This document shows, piece by piece, positions 1 to 8,729 of a DNA stretch of 57,238 nt; the first letter of the stretch is position 1; every line of letters starts with the position of its first letter. The stretch covers positions 1 to 57,238 of the forward strand of contig JBKAGE010000060.1 of the NCBI GenBank assembly GCA_046290225.1, written 5' to 3'. The translations under genes and the position numbers were made by a program. Source of the DNA: Bradymonadia bacterium (GTDB lineage Bacteria; Myxococcota_A; Bradymonadia; UBA7976; UBA1532). A model generated the notes under the pieces. That model saw only the letters and a list, made by a program, of their open reading frames with translations. It did no database searches and had not been told where the DNA came from.

Positions 1-101
1 CGCAATCTGCTCGACTATCTTGAGCGATCGATCACCGCGTATCGGTGCGGCTTCGACTATCCGTCGCTCCTACCACTGCCTGATACCGGCTGAACGGTTA
101 C
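1..101 (+). mobile_element. Right end of IS66-family insertion sequence (transposase C-terminus plus terminal inverted repeat)
   Basis: Frame 1 (1-93) reads RNLLDYLERSITAYRCGFDYPSLLPLPDTG*, resembling the xxxLxYL...PSLLP C-terminus of IS66 transposases. It overlaps GGCTGAACGGTTAC (88-101), whose reverse complement GTAACCGTTCAGCC has the 5'-GTAA terminus typical of IS66. GC content drops abruptly after 101. Confidence 0.8.
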
Positions 102-129
102 CAATTTTTTTCCATCTACGTGTATTCAT
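102..129 (-). pseudogene. 5' stub of a gene (MNTRRWKKI...) interrupted by the IS66 element
   Basis: Minus strand shows a GGGGAGAACA RBS-like sequence (130-139) directly before ATG at 129. The basic N-terminus resembles a signal-peptide n-region, and the frame enters the IS at codon 10. Confidence 0.45.
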
Positions 130-209
130 TGTTCTCCCCACATTCTGATGAAGTAAATTCTTGTATATAACTTTACTGATTCGTATTGTCTGAGCGCCTT
201 GTTTGTCCT

Positions 210-232
210 ATCGAGAGCATTGAACTCTCGAT
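210..232 (-). terminator. Stem-loop just after the stop of the islet gene
   Basis: ATCGAGAG-cattgaa-CTCTCGAT, an 8-bp perfect stem immediately downstream of the 234-236 stop. No U-tract on the minus strand. Confidence 0.35.
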
Positions 233-233
233 C

Positions 234-752
234 TCATTGGATGCCATATTCAACCATCTGCGAAGCCTCCTCTATTACGAGTTCACCACTTACTCCTTCA
301 GCACGTGAGAAAAACAGCTCTATGGAACCCTGATAGCGAGACTCTCCTACGATAAATATGTAATTAAAAGTGTTTAGACCTTCGTATAAACCGATAGATG
401 TTGTTGAAATGGAGAAATGGTAGGGCGTTTCATCCGGTCCCATACATCGACCAGCTCCACTCGCTGGAAATGCCTCTGGTGTATTTGGTCTTGGGTGAAT
501 TGTGTTGAAATGGAAGTCTGATTCACACACAAGTTCATTTTCTGAATGAAGTGACCATATTTTGAATCGTGTGGTATTTGACCACCATTGTACACCATTC
601 ATTACCGTTGGAACCACTTCGGAGTCCAACATGCTAGCATCTTCTGCTCGAATTGCTGAATCTACTTGTTCTTCTATATGATTGGTGTTGTTGGCACAAG
701 AATATGTTGCAATCAATGCAGACATTAAGATCTTATATGTGTTGCCTGTCAA
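234..752 (-). CDS. Hypothetical exported protein, possible lipoprotein (172 aa)
   Basis: Only long ORF in the AT-rich islet. TTG start after AGGGG; N-terminal K plus hydrophobic stretch plus TYSC (weak lipobox). Confidence 0.6.
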   Translation of the reverse strand: MTGNTYKILMSALIATYSCANNTNHIEEQVDSAIRAEDASMLDSEVVPTVMNGVQWWSNTTRFKIWSLHSENELVCESDFHFNTIHPRPNTPEAFPASGAGRCMGPDETPYHFSISTTSIGLYEGLNTFNYIFIVGESRYQGSIELFFSRAEGVSGELVIEEASQMVEYGIQ

Positions 753-1104
753 AGTCTATACCCCTGGTCAATTGTTGTTTAGTGAGGAGTATTTCTGCTT
801 AAATGTAAGGGGGACTATAGAGCCTTGTTAGCAAACGCTTGTTTGTAAGACTCTGGTTTTGGATTACTGATTTCGCCATTTTGAAATCAGGATAGGACTG
901 ACAAAAATGAATCAACAATCCAAAAGGCCCCCACAGCCGTTTTACCACATTGAAAGGTTAAAGCCTGCATCTGAGGAAAGTCAAGCGGTTTCGAAAACAA
1001 CGAAATCAGAGTTGAATTTATGCTTTGGATGGTTGCTGTTGGAAAGGTACAGGTGAGTAAGCCCTCAAAACCATATGCAAACTCTCTCTTTTACCCACCA
1101 TCTA

Positions 1105-3057
1105 TCACCGCTGAGCAGGATGAATCGTCGAGAAAAAGTCCGCAGTCCGATCCGCATCCGGGCGCTTCAAGCAATGCCGCGCGCACCCCGCGCACACGTT
1201 CGCCTTGAACTCGTCCAGCCGGGCCAGCACCCCCTCCAGCAGCGCCTCACGAGCTTCCTGTGTCGCCCCCGTCGCCTCAGCCACAGCCTCCGTCAGCTCC
1301 GCCCTGAACGCCTCGTGCGTCATCTGTGCCCGCGTCGGCAGATGCTGAGCCAGATCTCCAGCACCTCGACCTGCCAGCCAGGCCACGTGTCGAAGCTCCG
1401 TCTCTCGCAGGCGGTGCTCTGCGGCCAAACCAGCCTGCAACGTCGACAGCGCGATGTAGGCCGCCTCGGTGAAGTCCAGTCGGGCGAGATCCCGCGCCGT
1501 GGGACGCTCAGTGGTCCCGAAGAACTCTGCCTTCAAACTTTGCCGGAGCATCGCCCCACCGAGAGCGTCTGTCAGGCGAGCTGTAGGCGTGCCCCGAGCC
1601 GCTAGGTCCTCGAGCCCCCGCAGCAGCATCAGGCGGCTCAGCGGGCTATGCGCGAAGTCGTCGGTCAGCTGCTCGCTCAGGCCGTGGCACAAGGCTGACG
1701 CCGCTGATTCCCCACGCCAGTGGTGCCATTGGGCCATGAAGGCCGTCATCGCCACGAGGCGGGATTGGAAGGGTGTCCCCTGCAAATTGGAGAGCGTCGT
1801 CGCCAGCAGCGCCTCGTCGTGGGCATCGGCGGAGACCTTCAGCAGACCCACCGCGGCGAGATCACCCGCGTCGAAGCGCCAGCCGTCGTACACCTCGTCC
1901 TCGAACAGGGCGCTCACAGCCTCCGCTGTGATCTCAGTCGTCGCCTGCGGTGGCTCCGTCGACGGCGCAGGGTGCACACCACGAAGTTGAGTGAAGAGAC
2001 GCACCGACTCTTTGGCGTCTTGCGGCACCCCACGGCCCTGACCTCGGGTGCGGCGCTCGGCGTCGACCACCAGGGGCACCACGGCCATGAGGGGCACGCG
2101 GACCAGGGCGGTGCTGTCGGCACTGCCCATGGCCTCGAGGTAATCGTCCCGCTCTTCAGCGGGCTGTCGGGGCAGGCGGAAGCCATCGCGGATGTCGCCG
2201 GCGGCGCGGATGACCAGACTCGCCAGGGTAGAGGTGCCGTCGGCGTGAGTGAACACCCCAATGAGAGGGAAGGCGCTCTGGCCGTCGCAGTTGCCCACCA
2301 GGGCATAGCCTTCGGGCTGCTCCGCGGGCGCGTCGGGGTGGATCGCCTCGGTGTGGCATTTCAAGATCGCCTTCTGCAGCTGGCGCTGCCAGAGGGCGTC
2401 CTGGGTCTCGGTCTTGAGCTGCTCGAGCAGCTCGAGGGCCTCGGGCTCCGGCTCGTGCACCAGAGCGTCGACCATGTCGGGCCAGAGTGGCCGCAAGCCC
2501 TCGGCTCGGAGCGGGCCCTGGTACACCGATGCCGCCGAGGTGCCTGTCTGGTGTCGCAGATGCTCCAGGTGCTCCAGGCACTGGCGGCGGGCGTCGTCGT
2601 CTGGGGCGTCGATGAGCAGCTGGGTCACCGTCTCGCCCAAGGTCTCCGGCTGCCCGTCGGCGAGGATGACGTGGAGCGTAGCGTCGGCGAGGGCCATGGA
2701 CTCTTCCGGCGACAGGCGGTGACTCAGCTCGAGAATCCGGGTCGGATCGTCCTGGGCCAGGACCGCCAGGGCCGCGAGACGCTCGTCGGCGCTGTGAAAG
2801 GGCTTCAGGGCCAGACGGATCAAGCGGGCGCGCTCCTGCCCTGGGCCCAAGCGGGTCAGGGTCTCGGCGAACAGCTCGATTTGGTCGCGGTTGAGGGCCC
2901 GGCGCTCGAACATATCGACGAGCAGTCGGCGGGCGAGAGGGGCATCCATCTGGCGCAGGCGCCAAGTGAGATCGGCGTGATTGGTCGGGGGTTGCGCAAA
3001 CAGCTCGGCGATCAGCTGTGCCGTCTTTTCTTCTGACGCTGATCGCCGTTCCGTCAT
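1105..3057 (-). CDS. Hypothetical 650-aa helical (HEAT-like) protein with C-terminal CxxCxxxC
   Basis: Protein-like composition; ATGA overlap (3054-3057) with the upstream SDR gene; Leu/Ala-rich helical repeats; CAGCARHC near the C-terminus. Confidence 0.8.
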   Translation of the reverse strand: MTERRSASEEKTAQLIAELFAQPPTNHADLTWRLRQMDAPLARRLLVDMFERRALNRDQIELFAETLTRLGPGQERARLIRLALKPFHSADERLAALAVLAQDDPTRILELSHRLSPEESMALADATLHVILADGQPETLGETVTQLLIDAPDDDARRQCLEHLEHLRHQTGTSAASVYQGPLRAEGLRPLWPDMVDALVHEPEPEALELLEQLKTETQDALWQRQLQKAILKCHTEAIHPDAPAEQPEGYALVGNCDGQSAFPLIGVFTHADGTSTLASLVIRAAGDIRDGFRLPRQPAEERDDYLEAMGSADSTALVRVPLMAVVPLVVDAERRTRGQGRGVPQDAKESVRLFTQLRGVHPAPSTEPPQATTEITAEAVSALFEDEVYDGWRFDAGDLAAVGLLKVSADAHDEALLATTLSNLQGTPFQSRLVAMTAFMAQWHHWRGESAASALCHGLSEQLTDDFAHSPLSRLMLLRGLEDLAARGTPTARLTDALGGAMLRQSLKAEFFGTTERPTARDLARLDFTEAAYIALSTLQAGLAAEHRLRETELRHVAWLAGRGAGDLAQHLPTRAQMTHEAFRAELTEAVAEATGATQEAREALLEGVLARLDEFKANVCAGCARHCLKRPDADRTADFFSTIHPAQR

Positions 3058-4040
3058 CTAGGTCTTTCTCCGCGCATCAGATCGTTGACTGTGTCACGGA
3101 TCGTATCCTCAAAGGGCCGAGTTTGGAAACCCAGCTCGGCACGGGCCCGATCAGATGTCACGTACCAGTAACGGCAGCCCATCTCGAATGTTTGCTCGTC
3201 AATGTCGCCCATGGCCTTGAGCTTACTTACGCGCTTGAGCAGCCCGCCGGCGCGATCCACGAGGGCTTTGGGCATCTCGAACGACGGCGCGCGCACGCCG
3301 CTGGCTTGTTCGAGTGACAACAAAAAGTCGCGGACGCTCAGGTTGGCGCCGGTGAGCATGTAACCCACCCCCGGCTCACCCTTGGCCATGAGAGAGGGCA
3401 GCACTGCCGCCACATCCCGCACATCGACGGCGCTCACGCCGCCGGGCAGGGCGGCCTTCACCTTGCCGGCGAGGAACCGCACCACGTCTTCGGTGCTCGA
3501 GCCCCGGGTGTCGCCGGGGCCCAGCAGCAGCGAGGGGCGGGCGATCTTCACCGGGAAGCCCTCTTCGACGTAGCGCAGGGCTTCTTTCTCCGCGAAGGCC
3601 TTCGACTCGTAGTAGGGCCAGCTGCCGATGAGATCCCAGGGGTAGGGGCTGTCTTCGTCGCCCTCGAAGTCGGGGTCATCGCTCACGCCCACGGTGCCGC
3701 TGGTGCTCACCACCAGCACCTCTTCGATGCCGGCGGCCTTGGCAGCCTCGATGATGTTCCGGGTGCCGGCGACGTGCAGGGCCTGCATGGCCCCCACCTT
3801 CGACTTGTCCCGGCTCACCTGACCGGCGAGGTGGTAGATGGCCCGAGCGCCTTCGACGGCCTTGGCCACGTCGCCCTCGTCGAGGACCGAGCCCTTGATC
3901 TGCTCCACGCCCAGGGCCTCGAGGGCGTCGCTGTGGCTGCGGCCCAGGCTGCGCACGGAAGCGCCGGCTTCGGTGAGCACGGCGGCGAGGTGGGTGCCCA
4001 GAAAGCCGCTGCCACCGGTGATCAAAACAGGTGCACTCAT
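3054..4040 (-). CDS. elbE: NAD-dependent epimerase/dehydratase (extended SDR), ElbE-like
   Basis: TGGSGFLG Rossmann motif and YYESK (YxxxK). Lies directly downstream of elbD as in the Myxococcus elb cluster; the symbol rests on synteny. Confidence 0.8.
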   Translation of the reverse strand: MSAPVLITGGSGFLGTHLAAVLTEAGASVRSLGRSHSDALEALGVEQIKGSVLDEGDVAKAVEGARAIYHLAGQVSRDKSKVGAMQALHVAGTRNIIEAAKAAGIEEVLVVSTSGTVGVSDDPDFEGDEDSPYPWDLIGSWPYYESKAFAEKEALRYVEEGFPVKIARPSLLLGPGDTRGSSTEDVVRFLAGKVKAALPGGVSAVDVRDVAAVLPSLMAKGEPGVGYMLTGANLSVRDFLLSLEQASGVRAPSFEMPKALVDRAGGLLKRVSKLKAMGDIDEQTFEMGCRYWYVTSDRARAELGFQTRPFEDTIRDTVNDLMRGERPR

Positions 4041-4048
4041 GTCACTCT

Positions 4049-7000
4049 TTACAGGTTGAAGGTGGTCTGGAAGGTGCGCAGCAAGTCAGGATCGTTCGTT
4101 TTGACCTTGCCCTCGGCGAACTCGGCGAAGCCCGGCACGTAATGCTCGCGCACGATGCGCTCGAAGGTGCGGGGGTCGGTCTTGAGCACGCAGTCGGCCT
4201 GACCACCCTCGGGGCGGCCGGGCTTGATCACCACGGCGGCGTCGTCGGCCTGCACCGTCCAGCGGGCGTCGCCACCGGTGCCGAGGCTGAAGTACCACGT
4301 GGTGCGCTTGCCCAGGGCGCCGGGCACGAAGCGGGTCTCGAGTTCATCGAAGACCCCCACGAGGCCGTTGCCCTTGGCCTTGGGCTTCGCCGGAGCGTCC
4401 CAGGGGTAGTGGGTGCCGTCCCGCAGGGCCTCGATGGCCTGCTGCAGCTTGGCGGCCACCACGGCGTAGCCCTCGCTGTGGTTCTCTTTCTCGAGCGCCT
4501 CGGCGAAGACCTCAGGCTCGATGATTGGGCCGATGACCGCCTTGAGGCGACGACTCACTGGTACGGCGCTGCCCTTGGGCAGGGCCCGGTGGGTGCCCCG
4601 CAGGTACAGCGGCAGCACCGGCAGGCCGCTCTGCAGCGCGAGGTAGCCGATGCCGTGCTTGAACTGCTGCAGCTGACCGGACTTCGAGCGGGTGCCCTCG
4701 GGGAACACCAGCACCACCCGGCCCTCGGCGATGGCCTCCTCGGCGGCGCTCAGGCTCACCTCGAGAGAGCCGCCGCGCTCGACGGGGATCAGGTTGGTCA
4801 TCTGGCCGAAGTAGGTGCGCTTGGCCTTGTTGTCGAAGAAGTAGTCGCTCGCCGCCAGGGCCGAGAGCTTCGGCGCGTAATCGGCGAGGGCGTACTTCAC
4901 CAACCCCATGTCCAGGTGGGAGTTGTGGTTGGCGATGACGATGACCTGCCGGTTGTAGGGGATGTTCTCCTCGCCCTCGATGCGCACGTTGAAGGCTGTG
5001 TCGTACAGGGCCTCTTGAGCGCGACCGAGCAGCTGCTTGCCGAAGCGGGAGACCATGCCCGGCACCTCGATGCGATCGGCGTCGTCGGCCTCGCGGGCCT
5101 CGGCCACCGCACGGGGGGTGCCACCCTGGACCAGCTCGGCAAGATCGACCACGGTCTCGCAGTTGGCGAGATCGGCGCCGTTCACGGGGATGCCCCCGCG
5201 CTCCTCGAGCAGAATCCGCAGCTCCACGAGCTGCAGCGACGACAGGCCCAGATCGGAGATCATGTGGCTGGTGGGCTCGATGTCCACCGCCTCCATGCCG
5301 GTGACGATGGCCAGGGCGCCGTACAGCCACTCGGGCTCGCGGCCGCCGGGCACGGCGTTGTCTTCCCGGGGGCTGCTCTCCGACATCTCTACGAGACGGG
5401 TGAGCTGCTCCTGCACCAGCTTGCGCTTCACCTTGCGGGTGGCGGTGCGGGGCAGGGGCTCGGGCCAGAACCGCATCGTGCGGATGCGCTGATGATCGGC
5501 GAGGGGGGCGTTCACCTGCTGGAAGTGCCGCTTCACCTCACCCTGAGGATCATCGGACTGATCTTCGGCGTCGTCGACGAGGACCACCATGCAGGCCACC
5601 CGCTCGTCACCCTGACGATCAGGGATCCCCACGATGGCGAGCTCTTCGATGAGGGCGTGATCCTCGAAGAGGGGCTCGAGCTCGTCGGGGTAGACGTTCT
5701 TGCCGCTCGAGGTGACGATCAGCTCTTTGCGGCGACCCACCAAAATGAGGCGGCCATCTTTGTCGAGCTTGCCCAGGTCGCCGGTGTGCAGCCAGCCCTT
5801 GCGCACGGTCTGCTCGGTGGCGCTGGTGTCGTTGAGGTAGCCCATCATGACGTTGTCGCCGCGAGCGATGACCTCGCCCACGCCGTCTTCGTCGGGGTTG
5901 ATGACCTGCACCTCGACCCCGGTGAGGGGGCGACCCACAGAGCCCGCGCCGCGACGATCGCCGGGGCGACGCACGGTGAGCACCGGGGCGGCCTCGGTGA
6001 GGCCGTAGCCCTCGAGCAGCTCGAAGCCGAGGCCCTCGAAGGCCCGCAAGACGGGCTCGCTCAAAGCGGCGCCGCCGCTGATGAGGTGCCGGACCCGGCC
6101 GCCCATGGTGCGGTGCACCTCCTGGAACAGGAACGGCCCCAGGTTCACGCCGAGGCGGGACCGGGTGAAGCGGGTGAGGCGGACCATGGCGTCGAAGGTG
6201 AGGCGCGCGGCCTCGCCTCGATCTTCCACCTGGCTCTCGATGCGACGGTGCAGCAAATCCCAGAGGGCAGGCACGCCGATGAGGGCCGTGGGCCGGGTGT
6301 CTTTGAGAGCCGAGCGCAACAGGGTCGAATCGATCTCCTCGAGGTAGGTGATCGACGAGCCCTTGCTCACCGGCAACAGCAGCCCACAGCTGAACTCGAA
6401 GGTGTGGAACAGCGGCAGCACGCTCAGGAAACGATCTTTCTCGTTGATGTTGAACGTGGTGTGCAGGCTGGCGAGCAGGGCGGTGAAGTTGCCGTGGGTG
6501 AGCATGACACCCTTGGGATCACCCGTGGTGCCGCTGGTGAACAGCAGGCTGGCGAGATCTTCGCTGCGATCCCGCTCTTCGATGGCCTCGAGAGGCTCGG
6601 CGTCGAAGCAGTCGCCCACGTGGGCGTGGGGCACGCCGAAGTTTTCGGTGAGCTCCTCGTGGGTGATGATCAGGCTCGCCTCGGACTTGGCGCAGATGCG
6701 CCGGGCATCGGCCACGGGCATCTCGGGGTCGAGTGGCACCGCCACCGTGTCGGCGAGCAGGATGCCGAAGTAGATCATGGGCCACGCGGGCTCATTCTTC
6801 GCCATCAGCACCACGGCGTCGCCGCGGCCGAGCTTCTTCACGTTCTTGAGCCAGGCGGCCACCCGCAGAGAGGCTTCCCACATCTCCTCGTAGGTGTAGG
6901 CGTCTGCCTCGCCCTCGGCGGTGTAGTACGACAGCGCCTTGCGCTCGGCGAAGGTGCGGGTGGCGGTGCGGTAGACCTCGATGAGATCTCGGGCCCGGGC

Positions 7001-8725
7001 CACCTTGCGCACCTGCTTCACCTTGTCGTCGAGCAGACCGAAGACCCACTTCTTGAGGCCGGCGATGTGCACGTCCATCCAGTAGTGCCGCCAGGTGAAG
7101 ACCTCTTTGTCGTCGAGATCGTAGGCGAAGACCGCCTTCTCGTCGTCGGGCAGGTACTTGCTGGCCTGGCGTACATTGAACGTGCTGAAGCAGGGGTTGT
7201 TGTCTTCGATGAAGGGCTTGAAGAGCTTCATGATGCCCGCAGACAGCTTGCCTGCCTGCTCGGCCCCCTTCAGGCTCTTGTCGAGCTGCTTGATGATGGG
7301 CCGGGCCACAGGGCCCTTTGCCGGCAGCTGCTTGAGCAGCCCTCGGGCGCGCTTGGCCCACTTGTGGATCGCCGGGGCGCCCACCCGATCGAAGGTCTCC
7401 GTGGGCACCACCACCGAGTCGAACACCTTCAGGGCGTAGCGGGCGGCGATGTTCTTCTGCTCGTCGTCGTAGCCCTGCCGGTTCGACAGGTTGGCCAGCT
7501 CGACGGCGCGGCGCATCGTCAGCGGGTTAAAGTCGCCGGTGGCGAACTGATACACCCGCTTGTGGCGATCGTTCATGATCTCCGCGGCAGCGACGAGGGT
7601 GCCGCGGCAGACGTAATCGACAGGCACCACGTCGAGGGTGTTGTCGGGATCAGCGGGCACGAAGCGGTGCCCCTTCCACAGCAAGTACAGGATCGGGGCG
7701 CTGGTGTTGATGCCCTCGTTCCAGCCCGGGAAGGGGAAGCTCAGGGAGCTCTCCACGATGGCGGGCCGGACGATGGTGACCGGCACCCCCATCTCCTCGG
7801 AGCGGGCGATGGTCACCTGCTCCCCGAGGCTCTTGGTGTAGGTGTAGATGTTGGTCCAGCCCCAGCTCTCTGCCCGAGCCTCGCCCTCCTCGGTGAGGCG
7901 CTGGTCGATCCAGCGGTTCCGGCAGGTCTTGGTGGCTTCGGCGAGGCGCTGAGGATCTTCGTAATCGAGACCCTTCGCCGTGAGGGCGTCTTTGGCGTCG
8001 GCCTCGAACTGCCGCTCCATGGTCTGGGTCAGGGCCCGCTTGCGGATCTCCTCACACAGAGCCACGGCGTCTTTCATCTCGCGCTCGGCGTCGAAGGCGC
8101 GGCCGCTCGGCGAGTATCCCACGATGTTCGGATCTTCGAGCACGTTGTCGCTGCGGGAGCCGGCGACGAAGCAGGTGCTCATGTGCACCAGGGGGCAGCC
8201 GGCTTTCTTGGCGAACTCGAGCTTGTGGGCCACGCCGAGGGCGTTCACCCCCAGAGCCTGATCGAGGGGCGGGTTGAAGTTCACCTTGCCGGCGCAGTGG
8301 ATGATCAGATCCACGGGATCGCGCTCGGTGACCTCGGCGTAGTCCTCGTCGGACATGCCGAGGTTGTCGTACGTGACGTCGCCACCCACCACGTTGATGC
8401 GCTCTTCGAGCCATCGCTCGAGGGCCTCGTTCCCCATGCGCTCGGCGATGGCCTGGAACGGCTCGCTCAGGGCCACGACCCCGTCGAAGCGCTCCTGCAC
8501 CGAGTCGTATTGGCGGTTGGGCCGCACCAGGACCGAGATACGCCGGACCTCGGGGATCTCGGCGATGATCATGGCCAGCAACACCTTGCCCACGAAGCCC
8601 GTGGTGCCGGTGATGAAGATGTGCTTGCCCGCGAGGCTGCCGCGAACGCTCAGAGGCGACTCTTCGCGACGCTCGATTGCGCCTCCGGGGGCACCAGAGC
8701 CGTTGAGATGGGTGGCGTCAGTCAT
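4049..8725 (-). CDS. elbD: ElbD-like multidomain ether-lipid enzyme: fatty acyl reductase + acyl-AMP/CoA synthetase + ACP + PlsC acyltransferase + C-terminal SCP2-like domain
   Basis: FAR: TGTTGFVGK, YTYTK, VRPAIVES, PGWNEG. Adenylation: FTSGTTGDPKG, GYGLTE, GWLHTGDLG. Carrier: DLGLSSL. PlsC: NHNSHLD, FPEGTRS. Last ~100 aa (WYFSLG...ADCVLKTD...FAEGKVK) are SCP2-like. Confidence 0.92.
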   Translation of the reverse strand: MTDATHLNGSGAPGGAIERREESPLSVRGSLAGKHIFITGTTGFVGKVLLAMIIAEIPEVRRISVLVRPNRQYDSVQERFDGVVALSEPFQAIAERMGNEALERWLEERINVVGGDVTYDNLGMSDEDYAEVTERDPVDLIIHCAGKVNFNPPLDQALGVNALGVAHKLEFAKKAGCPLVHMSTCFVAGSRSDNVLEDPNIVGYSPSGRAFDAEREMKDAVALCEEIRKRALTQTMERQFEADAKDALTAKGLDYEDPQRLAEATKTCRNRWIDQRLTEEGEARAESWGWTNIYTYTKSLGEQVTIARSEEMGVPVTIVRPAIVESSLSFPFPGWNEGINTSAPILYLLWKGHRFVPADPDNTLDVVPVDYVCRGTLVAAAEIMNDRHKRVYQFATGDFNPLTMRRAVELANLSNRQGYDDEQKNIAARYALKVFDSVVVPTETFDRVGAPAIHKWAKRARGLLKQLPAKGPVARPIIKQLDKSLKGAEQAGKLSAGIMKLFKPFIEDNNPCFSTFNVRQASKYLPDDEKAVFAYDLDDKEVFTWRHYWMDVHIAGLKKWVFGLLDDKVKQVRKVARARDLIEVYRTATRTFAERKALSYYTAEGEADAYTYEEMWEASLRVAAWLKNVKKLGRGDAVVLMAKNEPAWPMIYFGILLADTVAVPLDPEMPVADARRICAKSEASLIITHEELTENFGVPHAHVGDCFDAEPLEAIEERDRSEDLASLLFTSGTTGDPKGVMLTHGNFTALLASLHTTFNINEKDRFLSVLPLFHTFEFSCGLLLPVSKGSSITYLEEIDSTLLRSALKDTRPTALIGVPALWDLLHRRIESQVEDRGEAARLTFDAMVRLTRFTRSRLGVNLGPFLFQEVHRTMGGRVRHLISGGAALSEPVLRAFEGLGFELLEGYGLTEAAPVLTVRRPGDRRGAGSVGRPLTGVEVQVINPDEDGVGEVIARGDNVMMGYLNDTSATEQTVRKGWLHTGDLGKLDKDGRLILVGRRKELIVTSSGKNVYPDELEPLFEDHALIEELAIVGIPDRQGDERVACMVVLVDDAEDQSDDPQGEVKRHFQQVNAPLADHQRIRTMRFWPEPLPRTATRKVKRKLVQEQLTRLVEMSESSPREDNAVPGGREPEWLYGALAIVTGMEAVDIEPTSHMISDLGLSSLQLVELRILLEERGGIPVNGADLANCETVVDLAELVQGGTPRAVAEAREADDADRIEVPGMVSRFGKQLLGRAQEALYDTAFNVRIEGEENIPYNRQVIVIANHNSHLDMGLVKYALADYAPKLSALAASDYFFDNKAKRTYFGQMTNLIPVERGGSLEVSLSAAEEAIAEGRVVLVFPEGTRSKSGQLQQFKHGIGYLALQSGLPVLPLYLRGTHRALPKGSAVPVSRRLKAVIGPIIEPEVFAEALEKENHSEGYAVVAAKLQQAIEALRDGTHYPWDAPAKPKAKGNGLVGVFDELETRFVPGALGKRTTWYFSLGTGGDARWTVQADDAAVVIKPGRPEGGQADCVLKTDPRTFERIVREHYVPGFAEFAEGKVKTNDPDLLRTFQTTFNL

Positions 8726-8729
8726 CGTA

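Larger units (their letters stand above)
102..1104. other. Low-GC islet (probably horizontally acquired)
   Basis: Visibly AT-rich (about 40% GC by eye) compared with the rest of the window. Boundaries are sharp, at the IS66 end and at the stop codon of the 650-aa gene. Confidence 0.8.

Noticed and set aside
4049..8725. NRPS or secondary-metabolite cluster
   Set aside because: The adenylation-carrier pair is flanked by FAR and PlsC domains with no condensation or ketosynthase domain, which fits lipid synthesis.
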